A DNA stretch of 63,805 bases from Thermoanaerobaculia bacterium (GTDB lineage: Bacteria > Acidobacteriota > Thermoanaerobaculia > Gp7-AA8): assembly GCA_036506455.1 (NCBI GenBank), contig DASXRT010000062.1, positions 1-63,805 on the forward strand, in the 5' to 3' direction. The position numbers were made by a program, and so were the translations under genes. Each line of letters starts with the position of its first letter. The stretch's first letter is position 1. The notes beneath the pieces were generated by a model. The model worked only from the letters and a program-made list of their open reading frames with translations. It did not search any database and was not told the origin of the DNA. Shown here in pieces: positions 36,761 to 44,720 of this stretch.

Positions 36761-37067
36761 GTCGGGCCAAATTTCCTGGCGATCGCGTCGATCCCGCGCG
36801 TCTGGTGCGGAAGGTCACGAACGACGAGCCCCGCCGCGAGTGAGTACCCGCATTGGGGGCAGTCACTCTGCTGCGCCGGCGCAGTTTGCTTCCGCAACCA
36901 GGATACGCTCGCCGGTGAGAAGGTGCTCGGTTGGAGCAAGCAGCCGGAGCCGTACCGGCCTTACACCGCGCTCTCGACGCCGCGCATTTCCAGCGCTCCA
37001 GGCCCACGACCGAAGTGTCCCTCGCCCCGCTTGCGGGGCAGAAGGCACTCTCGATCTCGTTTTGCTC

Positions 37068-39977
37068 TTACGTGTCGCGGTGGAACAGGTACTTGGACGT
37101 GCACGGAAGCCACGTGCGGAATGCGAGCAATCGAATGCTGCCGGCGTCCGGGATTTGATCAAAGGCATTCGTAAGCGATCCGCGGGCGTTGTCCGGGAGT
37201 TTGTCGAACCACGTCCGCAGGTCGATGTCATCTCCATTCGCGAGCTCGACCTGCAGGGCGAGAAGTGGTCCGAGGCGCGGGTGGCCCGTAAAGAACGCGA
37301 GTTGGCTGATGCAGATCCTGTATGGGCTGGACGCGTCGGCGGACACGAACGTCTGTTGATCGACGTCGGGCAGGCTGGCCTTCAGCAATCGGTAGATGTT
37401 GACGAAGCGAATCAGTGCCCGCGGCTTGTCGCTGAGCAGCGATTTGACACGGTCCACGAACAGCGCCTCATCGCGCGTGATCCGCAACGGGTCGGGATTC
37501 TCCTCCGCTCGCCGGACCGCCGCCTGAAAACCGTCGGCCGCGTTTGCGATCTCAATACGGTCCGGTAGGGCCTGCGCGCCGCGCAAAGCCTCCTGCGCTT
37601 CTACCTGCCGGCTCTTCGGCTCGGGAGCGGCAGTATTGCCGAGAAGAGATTTAACAACCGCAGCGCGATGGGCCGGGTCGATGGGGCTCATCCAGATCGG
37701 AATCTGGAAGATCTTCTCGAGATAGTCGCCAACCGTCGCACGAGCGCCCCCCTCCTCGTTTTCTCCGCCGAACAGATATTGATGCTTCTGGCGCAGACAT
37801 TTCTCGATCCATCGGGGATCGACCGCCACGACGCAGACAAAGAGAGGGAACGCGAGAAGAAGGTGAACGGCCTCCAGGACCTTCAGGACCGTGTCGACAT
37901 CGCACCGATCGAGATCGTCGATGTAGAGGACGATCCGGTTCAGGAGCGGAGGCCGGCCTTGTTTCTGCGGAGAGCTCCATTCTTCGTTTGCGGCGGCGAT
38001 CAGATCGGAGAGCCGCTCGAAGTCGCGGCGCACGAGCGCGAGGAAGCTGAGCTGCTTGCGGTACTCATCGGTGCCTGACCGGTCCTTGATGAACTCGTCG
38101 AGCAACAGGGCGCTCGATAGTTGTTTCAGCCGCGCCTCAACCTCGCGAAGCTTGACCTCGGCAGACGATCGCTTCGCCACCTTGGCGTCGAGATCCTTTG
38201 TCTGGTCCGCAAGACTTCGCACCGCGGACGCGACCGCCGCTTCGCGGTTGCGCAGGATCGCCTGCTGCTCCTCGAGCGTTGCGCGGAGCGCTGCAACCTT
38301 CGCGGTCCACTCGGCCTGAACCTCCGCCTGCTTTTTTTCCAGCTCGGCGCGACGCTTTGCGATTCTTTTTGCCTCTTCTTCCTCGAGTTGGCGAAGCTTC
38401 GCCTCGAATTCCTTGCGCCGCTCACGGATGAACCCGACGATCCGGGTCATGCTGGCGCTGAGGGCTGCAAAGCCACCGACGAGTGTTGCCCAGGCGCCCG
38501 TCAACCAGTGCGTGAGCCACGCCACGACCGGTGCGACCAGGAGCAGCGCCAGCACAACTGCGCCGCGAACCGAGAACAGCCGCGCGCCAAACGTCCGCCA
38601 GTCCGTGATGCCGCGCAGGAGTGTCTCGCCAGCTGCGCGGACGTTGGCAACGACGGGCGAATCGGTGAGTTGACGTACCGCGACAGCGACTGCGGACCCG
38701 GCGTCGGGTGCGTTTGCGTCCTGCGCAACCGCCTGGATGGCAACGTCGAGCTCTTTGCGTGCCTTCTCGGCCTGCGAGCTCGAATCCTCGAGCTCTTTCG
38801 CCTTCGTGTCGACATCCTTGCGAGCGGAGACGACGTCTTCCTTTGCGCGCTCCACCTCACCGCGGGCGACGACGACCTGTTCCTGTGTTCGCTCGAGTGC
38901 TGTCGCGGCGCCGGCCAGTTCGACTTCTGCCCCGCTCAACTGGAGCAGCACTTCCGCGCGGCGTTGCTCGAGCTCCGTGTCCTTTGCGCCGGGAAGGACC
39001 CGCAGATTGCGGAAGAGGTGATCGACGAGGCTGGCGACGAGGTTGCCTTCGTTGTAGTGCCACGCGTTGAACTCGACCTGGGCGATCTGGCCGTAGTAGA
39101 GCGGAGCATCGGCGGCGGTCGCCTTGCCTGCATCGCGCTTGTCAATCCATGTGCTGACCCGGCCCTGTTCGCGCTCGGCGAGTCCCCAGATTTTCTTGCG
39201 GAGATGGCGCATGAAAAATGACTTGCCGGATCCCCACGGGCCGAACACGCCGATGGATAGAGGTGTCTCGGTACGAGTCGAAGCGATGAGAAGTGCCAGC
39301 GCGTCGACAGTGCGATCGATGTCGAGAAGGTCTTTCTCGGTGTATACATCGGCGCTGAAGGACGTGAGAGGGACCGGCGCGGCGCGGTCGGCGTAAGTGC
39401 TCCAGTACGGTTTCTCGGACACGTACGACTTGGCCATGAAACCACCAAAGGCGCGGCACCAGGCCAGACGGTCGATCCCGAGATCCTCGAAATCCTTGAC
39501 GTGCCAGTCGCGCAGAATCGGATACGCCGCCGCAAGATGCCGGACATCGAGTGCGGGGCCGTCGTCGGGTATCTGGCCGTTGTCGAGTGCGGCCGCGATC
39601 GTCTGCGCCTCTTCAATGGCCCGTCGCGCCGACACGGAGGTCGCCAGCTCAGTTGGTGTCGATTGAAGACTGTGCAGCGACGCCTCGTTGTAGGAACGAC
39701 TGCGACTCTCCGCGATCTTCTTCGCGGTAACGCCGTGGCGCTCGAGCTCCGCCTTGAGCCAGACCGACAAAGTGTCCGTGCCCGTGAGCATGCCGACCAG
39801 GAGCGATGTGAACGACAGCGCCGTCGAATCGCGCGCGTTGACCAACGCGGCCCGGGCGAAGACCCGCGCCAGGTCGGGCGTGACGGAGAGCTTTACACGC
39901 TTCGGAGTCAGGAGTTTGCCCCCGCCCTCCTGGTCGTAGGTCAACGTCACGACGGCTGGCGCTGTGGGTTCATTCAT
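37068..39977 (-). CDS. KAP-family P-loop NTPase with coiled-coil/2-TM/coiled-coil insert and an unassigned 210-aa N-terminal domain
   Basis: Walker A GPWGSGKS (res 246-253; nt 39219-39242). NAWHYN block. Walker B-type VLYIDDLDRC (res 683-692). Between them are charged heptad-like segments flanking hydrophobic helices at about res 467-489 and 494-517. Confidence 0.85.
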   Translation of the reverse strand: MNEPTAPAVVTLTYDQEGGGKLLTPKRVKLSVTPDLARVFARAALVNARDSTALSFTSLLVGMLTGTDTLSVWLKAELERHGVTAKKIAESRSRSYNEASLHSLQSTPTELATSVSARRAIEEAQTIAAALDNGQIPDDGPALDVRHLAAAYPILRDWHVKDFEDLGIDRLAWCRAFGGFMAKSYVSEKPYWSTYADRAAPVPLTSFSADVYTEKDLLDIDRTVDALALLIASTRTETPLSIGVFGPWGSGKSFFMRHLRKKIWGLAEREQGRVSTWIDKRDAGKATAADAPLYYGQIAQVEFNAWHYNEGNLVASLVDHLFRNLRVLPGAKDTELEQRRAEVLLQLSGAEVELAGAATALERTQEQVVVARGEVERAKEDVVSARKDVDTKAKELEDSSSQAEKARKELDVAIQAVAQDANAPDAGSAVAVAVRQLTDSPVVANVRAAGETLLRGITDWRTFGARLFSVRGAVVLALLLVAPVVAWLTHWLTGAWATLVGGFAALSASMTRIVGFIRERRKEFEAKLRQLEEEEAKRIAKRRAELEKKQAEVQAEWTAKVAALRATLEEQQAILRNREAAVASAVRSLADQTKDLDAKVAKRSSAEVKLREVEARLKQLSSALLLDEFIKDRSGTDEYRKQLSFLALVRRDFERLSDLIAAANEEWSSPQKQGRPPLLNRIVLYIDDLDRCDVDTVLKVLEAVHLLLAFPLFVCVVAVDPRWIEKCLRQKHQYLFGGENEEGGARATVGDYLEKIFQIPIWMSPIDPAHRAAVVKSLLGNTAAPEPKSRQVEAQEALRGAQALPDRIEIANAADGFQAAVRRAEENPDPLRITRDEALFVDRVKSLLSDKPRALIRFVNIYRLLKASLPDVDQQTFVSADASSPYRICISQLAFFTGHPRLGPLLALQVELANGDDIDLRTWFDKLPDNARGSLTNAFDQIPDAGSIRLLAFRTWLPCTSKYLFHRDT

Positions 39978-40125
39978 CTTGTCTGGCCTCGCAAAACAGA
40001 ACTAGTGCTCTCGCACAGCGTGTAAGTCTGCCGTACGCAAACCAATCACAATTGATTGCTGAACTGACCATGGAGTGCGCGGCAGCAGCTCAGGCCCTAC
40101 CCTCGATTTTGGAACTCCTAACTTA

Positions 40126-40147
40126 GGCCTCGGGCCTCGGGCCTCGG
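40126..40147. repeat. orphan tandem heptamer array GGCCTCG x3
   Basis: GGCCTCGGGCCTCGGGCCTCGG read directly, upstream (minus sense) of the KAP gene. Confidence 0.6.
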
Positions 40148-40216
40148 ACCCACCACCCTCAGGTCCGCGGGTTTGCTGGCACGAACGACATCGCCCGTTC
40201 AGCCAGCGCGGTGATC

Positions 40217-40343
40217 GTTGACGGACCACGAGTGATCGATTGGTACCAGAGGCCATCCAGGAGTGATCGGGAGTAAGCATCGGAATCGCCTAGCGCGAGC
40301 GGCGTGAATGCTGCCGATTCACCGCCGCGCCGATCCGGGCTTG
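40217..40343 (+). repeat. 127-bp direct repeat, copy R2 (solo)
   Basis: Same orientation as R1. It abuts the truncated M23 gene. Confidence 0.8.
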
Positions 40344-40349
40344 AAGTCT

Positions 40350-40856
40350 ATGATCCGAAGCACGGCCACAATCAAGGCAATCCGAAGGGACTGCAGGCGT
40401 ATGCATTCGACTTCGTCCACGACGCCGATCACAACGGCGTCGGCGAACCCAATCAGCCCGTTCTCGGCCGCGCGCGGCGGCCAAGTGTACGCGTTCGTCG
40501 AATCGGAATCAGGAAATAGCTGGGGCAGCAAGGATCCGTGCAAGCCAGGCGTCGGCAATTACCTCGTCATCGATCACGGCGAGGGCACATACGGCGTCTA
40601 CTGGCATCTCGCGCCGAACGGAGTGCTCGTGAAACTCGGCGACACGGTGAAGACCGGCGATCACATCGCGACCTCCGGCAACACCGGCAATTCCAGCACG
40701 GCTCACATTCACTTCGATGTGCGCACCGGTTGGCATCTCCAGTACACGTGCAGCAATCTGTCGGAGAGTCCGAGCGTCAAGCTGAATTTCCAGGACAAGA
40801 ACCATTCACGCTGGAGGCCGCACGCGGGAGATACGCTGGCGTCGAATAATCAGTAG
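40350..40856 (+). pseudogene. 5'-truncated, frameshifted M23-family metallopeptidase gene
   Basis: AYAFDFVHDADHNGVGEPNQPVL is in one frame. AARGGQVYAFVE..GNYLVIDHGEGTYGVYWHL..GDHIATSGNTGNSSTAHIHFDV is in another. There is no signal peptide or N-terminus, and the coding sequence begins at the R2 boundary. Confidence 0.55.
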
Positions 40857-40873
40857 ATGGGTGATGGCGAAGG

Positions 40874-40909
40874 ATTCCTTGATGGAAGGGGATCCTTCGC
40901 TTCGCTCAG
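40874..40909 (+). terminator. hairpin after the M23 remnant
   Basis: GCGAAGGATTCC-(loop)-GGGATCCTTCGC, a 12-bp stem with one mismatch. Confidence 0.35.
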
Positions 40910-41405
40910 GATGACACTCGTCACGATGCGATCCAGTTGATCAGCGCTCCCCTCCACCGAACGAGCCTCCGCGGGCAACGATGACGTAACCGCCGGCGAT
41001 GCATGCGATGATCACGGCGAGCTTCACCGTGTCGATGATCGTTCCGAGCTGGAACGGCTTCATCCCTCTGCGGAAGCGGCGTCCTCTGATCAGATTCGAT
41101 GCGCCGAGAACGATGTCCCAGAGGATGCGCGCGGCCTTTTCGAAGCCGCTCCACACGCCGAATCCGAGAAGCGTGCCGAAGAATGAGAGGCCGAGGCGAG
41201 CTTCGCGCGGCGCATCGCGCGCGAGCGGCCAGGTGAAGGAGTGGTCGACATGGCCGCAGAAGGAAGTTCCAAGCCGAAGCGATTCCCATGAAGAGCGGCG
41301 CGCTCGCTAACCGAAGCTCTGCAGCCTAGTACACGCCGCAATCGTCCAAAGCGATCGAGGTGACATCGAGGTCGGCGCCACGAACCCGCACCGAGAGAGT
41401 CGCTA

Positions 41406-41653
41406 ACGAAGATGGCGAACCGCGTGAAGTTCACGCGCGACGTCAAGCGCGTTCTCATCTCCGATCGAGCCGCGAATGATGTGGTCGTTCTCGACGTGAC
41501 AACGAAAGAAGTCATCAAGCGACTGACGATGGCAGCAGGTCCTCGATCTCGACACGCTCTCGATCACCGGCTCGGTGGCCACCGGCAATCAACCCGACGG
41601 CATGGCTTACGCGCCGCGTTTGCCCAGCGCCTCCGGCGCGCGCACGCGTCCGG
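41406..41653 (+). pseudogene. decayed second copy of the 3' end of the beta-propeller gene
   Basis: 41406-41540 is about 84% identical to 35851-35987. About 74 nt are deleted relative to 35988-36061. 41542-41653 differs from 36061-36172 at 3 of 112 positions. Weaker protein-level similarity continues upstream to about 41355. Confidence 0.65.
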
Positions 41654-42414
41654 TGACGCCGCACAGGATCAGCAGCGTCACGACATATGGCGTCGCCAAC
41701 AACAAGTGAAAGGCGATGCCGCGATTGGCCGCTTGAAGGGCGTACTGCAGCGCGGCGGCGATCCCGAATAGCGCCGTTCCCGCAACAGCGCCCCGGACGG
41801 TCCATCGACCGAAGATCACGACCGAGAGCGCGATGAAGCCGCGGCCCGCGGTCATGTTCTCGGCGAATCCGTTCGACAGGTTGAGCGCAAGGTGCGCGCC
41901 GGCGAGGCCGACGAGCAGTGCTTCGATCGCCAGAGCGATCCACCGATATCGCGCCGGTGACCATCGCGCCGCGCGCATCGCATCCGGGTTTTCGCCGGCG
42001 GCGCGGATGCGCAGTCCGATCGTCGTCGACCACAGAAGAATCGCCAGCGCGATCGGCACGACGATCCAGGCGATCGGCGTGATGACGTCCAGCGTCATGG
42101 GGGGCGGCGCCGACGATCGCATCTCGCGATAGGCGAAGCCGGTCGCGCCGAGGACGAGTAGGTTGATGGCGGTGCCGGTGACGATCTGATCGGCGTCGAG
42201 GATGATCGTGAAAACACCGAAGAGCAGCGCGACGGCCCATCGCCGCGGTGACGCCGGTCCATACGCCTCCGAACGTCGCGCCGAACGCTGCGGCGAGCAT
42301 CATCCCCTCGATGCCGAGGTTGATCATGCCGCTGCGCTGCACAACGAGCTCGCCTTCGACGGCCAGGAGAAGTGGAGTCGATGCGACGATCGCGAGAAGC
42401 AGGATGCTAAGCAC
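41607..42414 (-). pseudogene. ABC transporter permease (BMP/nucleoside-sugar type) with one frameshift near 42234
   Basis: The N-terminal part (MLSILLLAIVASTPLLLAVEGELVVQRSGMINLGIEGMMLAAAFGATFGGVWTGVTAAMG) and the C-terminal part (VALLFGVFTIILDADQIVTGTAINLLVLGATGFAYREMRSS...) are colinear but offset by 1 nt at GGGCC (42234-42238). This could also be an assembly error. Confidence 0.6.
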
Positions 42415-43360
42415 TCCTCGGTCTCCACGACACGGCGATGATCACGAGAATCACGACCGCTTGTCCGAACGTGGCGATCGCCGCAGGGATGTCTGCAGCG
42501 CGCTGCAGCTCGCCGGCGCCGGTCGTCAGCGCGGCGAAGAAGAATGCCGACGCAATACTCCCCAGTGGATGCAGTGCTCCCAAAAGGGCGACAGCGATTC
42601 CGGAGTAACCGTAGCCGGCGGCGAAACGCTCGAACAGCCGGTGCGTCACCCCGAGAAGCTCGATGCCGCCGGCGGCCCCGGCGATCGCGCCGGAGATGGC
42701 CATGGCGCGCACGAGCTGCGCGGCGACGTTGACGCCGGCAACGCTCGCCGCATGGGGATTGAATCCTGTCGCGCGAAGACGCAGGCCTTCGGTCGTCCGG
42801 TACAGCATCCACCAGCTCGCGATTGCGATGATGATCGACAGGGGCACGCCGGCGTGAACGCTTCCGATCGCCGGCAGTGATGCCGCGGCAGGGTCGCTCT
42901 GCGGATAGCGCGCGCTCGTCTCCCGCAGCGGTCCGTTCACGCACCAGCCGAGCAGATGGATCGCGATGAAGTTGAGAAGAATGGTGGTGAGCACTTCCGG
43001 CGCATTGCGCCACAGGCGCATGGCCGTGGCGATCGAGGCCCACGCGGCGCCGGCGATCGCCGCGGCGAGCAACGCCACGACGGCACCGTAGCGCGACGCG
43101 ATCAGCGCCGCGATCGCACCGACGATGAACTGCCCTTCCGCTCCGATGTTCCAGGCGCCGCCGCGAAAGGCGATCACCACGCTCAAACCGGTCAGGAGCA
43201 GCGGTACCGATTTCAACAACGTTCCTTCGATCGCGAATCGTGATCCGACGGATCCTTCGAGAAGCGTACGTAAGACGAGAGCAGGCGAGTGACCGAACAG
43301 CGACGCGGCGATCGCCAGCAGGACAATCGCTCCGATACAGGCGAGAATCGAGCGCGTCAC
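42407..43360 (-). CDS. ABC transporter permease (BMP/nucleoside-sugar type)
   Basis: 317 aa, polytopic, WNIGAEGQF motif. Overlaps its neighbours by 4-8 nt. Confidence 0.85.
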   Translation of the reverse strand: MTRSILACIGAIVLLAIAASLFGHSPALVLRTLLEGSVGSRFAIEGTLLKSVPLLLTGLSVVIAFRGGAWNIGAEGQFIVGAIAALIASRYGAVVALLAAAIAGAAWASIATAMRLWRNAPEVLTTILLNFIAIHLLGWCVNGPLRETSARYPQSDPAAASLPAIGSVHAGVPLSIIIAIASWWMLYRTTEGLRLRATGFNPHAASVAGVNVAAQLVRAMAISGAIAGAAGGIELLGVTHRLFERFAAGYGYSGIAVALLGALHPLGSIASAFFFAALTTGAGELQRAADIPAAIATFGQAVVILVIIAVSWRPRSA

Positions 43361-44640
43361 GCCACGCCTGCCATCAGAGTGGCGACGCGCGATGCCGCTT
43401 CATCAGGCGTCATACGCACGCTCAGCCGGCCGCGATAGATGACGTGGATGCCGTCGGCGAGCGCGAAAGCCTCATCGAGATCCGACGTGATGAGCAGCAC
43501 CGCGGCGCCGGAGTTGCGGAGTTGCTCGTGCACGAAGCGCGTGGCCTCGATGTCGAGCCCGCGCGTCGGCTCCGCGGCGATGATCAGCTCCGGTTTTCGA
43601 TCGAGCTCCCGCGCGAGGACGACCTTCTGCTGATTGCCGCCCGAAAGCTCGCCGGCGAGCTGCAGCGGGCCGCTCGCCTTGATGCCGTACAGATCGATCA
43701 GTGTTTCCGCGCGCCGTCGTGCTTCATCCGGACGCCAGCGCGCGCTGCCGAGCGCAATGTTCTCGGCAATCGTCATCTCTCCGATGATTCCGTAGCGCGT
43801 CCGATCCTCGGGGATGAAAGCGGTGCGGACTCTCGCCGATCGTCGCACTTCATCCGCGAGCTCACGCTGGCCGTTTCCGGCAACACCGACGACGGCGATG
43901 ATCTCGCCGGGGTGAATGAGGAGAGGTGCGCTGATCAGCGGTGTGGCGGCGCGCTTTAGCGCGCCGACCGGCGGGCTGAAGCCCGCCGCTACACCCACCA
44001 TGGCTTCTGCGATCTGCTGGGCAGTCATGCCGCGCGCGGGCGTATCGGCGACAATCTTGCCGCGGCGCATGATCACCAGCCGCTCCGCGACTTCCAGGAC
44101 TTCGGGAATCTTGTGCGTGATGAAGACGACGGATGTTCCGAGTCTTCGAATCAGATGAAAGAGCTCCGCCGACTCGAGCGGCGTCAGCACCGACGTCGGC
44201 TCGTCGAGGATCAGCAGCTCCGGTTGCGCGGCGACGGCTTTGATCAGCTCGAGCTTCGCGCGCTCGCCCACGCTCAGTTCGGCGGCGCGCCGGTTCACCA
44301 CGGGTAACTCGATGCCGCTGGCGTGGATCGTCTCCACGGCAGCGCGATCGAGGTTCGTGATGATCCGCAGCCCGCGTTCGCGGACGAGCGCCAGGTTCTC
44401 CGCGATCGTGAAGTGCGACACGAGCGCGAAGTGCTGGTGCACCATGCCCACGCCGCGCGGCGCGTCGATCGTGCCGCTGTCTGCGCCGATCTCACCGGCG
44501 GCAACGCGCATGAGCGTCGTTTTGCCGGCGCCGTTCTCACCGATCAGACCGATGATCTCGCCCGGCGCAATCTCCAGCGAGACGTCGTCGACCGCGGGGA
44601 TGGCGCCGAACGATTTCGTTATGTGAGTGAGTCGTAACAT
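43357..44640 (-). CDS. ABC transporter ATP-binding protein (tandem ABC domains)
   Basis: ATG 44640 (MLRLTHITKSFG). Walker A GENGAGKTT. Signature LSVGERAKLE. Second domain GVAGNGQREL and LSGGNQQKV. The track's N-terminal extension translates the hairpin repeat. Confidence 0.85.
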   Translation of the reverse strand: MLRLTHITKSFGAIPAVDDVSLEIAPGEIIGLIGENGAGKTTLMRVAAGEIGADSGTIDAPRGVGMVHQHFALVSHFTIAENLALVRERGLRIITNLDRAAVETIHASGIELPVVNRRAAELSVGERAKLELIKAVAAQPELLILDEPTSVLTPLESAELFHLIRRLGTSVVFITHKIPEVLEVAERLVIMRRGKIVADTPARGMTAQQIAEAMVGVAAGFSPPVGALKRAATPLISAPLLIHPGEIIAVVGVAGNGQRELADEVRRSARVRTAFIPEDRTRYGIIGEMTIAENIALGSARWRPDEARRRAETLIDLYGIKASGPLQLAGELSGGNQQKVVLARELDRKPELIIAAEPTRGLDIEATRFVHEQLRNSGAAVLLITSDLDEAFALADGIHVIYRGRLSVRMTPDEAASRVATLMAGVA

Positions 44641-44720
44641 GGTCGCCGGTCGTGGGTCGTAGGTCGTGGGGGCCTTTTCGCGCTGAGGCCCCCACGACCT
44701 ACGACCCACGACCTACGACC
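44641..44720. repeat. heptamer-array hairpin, unit GGTCGTR (4 units, 16-nt loop, 4 complementary units), copy 1
   Basis: GGTCGCCGGTCGTGGGTCGTAGGTCGTGGGGG-CCTTTTCGCGCTGAGG-CCCCCACGACCTACGACCCACGACCTACGACC. It occupies the whole spacer between the SBP and ATPase genes. Confidence 0.85.

Noticed and set aside
36600-37568. 322-aa plus-strand ORF
   Set aside because: Only its first 40 or so codons (IS91 zinc-binding motif) are meaningful. From 37068 onward it is antisense to the KAP NTPase gene.
38121-39221. 366-aa plus-strand ORF inside the KAP gene
   Set aside because: It is an antisense shadow ORF. The minus-strand frame carries Walker A/B and KAP-family blocks.
40941-41290. Minus-strand ORF ending ..FQLGTIIDTVKLAVIIACIAGGYVIVARGGSFGGGER (71 aa from GTG 41156; frame open back to about 41300)
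   Set aside because: It has a plausible TM helix. However, there is no ATG and no RBS, and the frame opens at a stop with no start. It is probably a fragment of a disrupted gene inside the island and is not reported as a gene.
44641-44709. N-terminal extensions such as MGRRSWGPQREKAPTTYDPRPAT (also 47662-47754, 50104-50154, 44652-45716)
   Set aside because: These peptides are translations of the heptamer hairpins, not protein sequence. Downstream ATGs give canonical N-termini.
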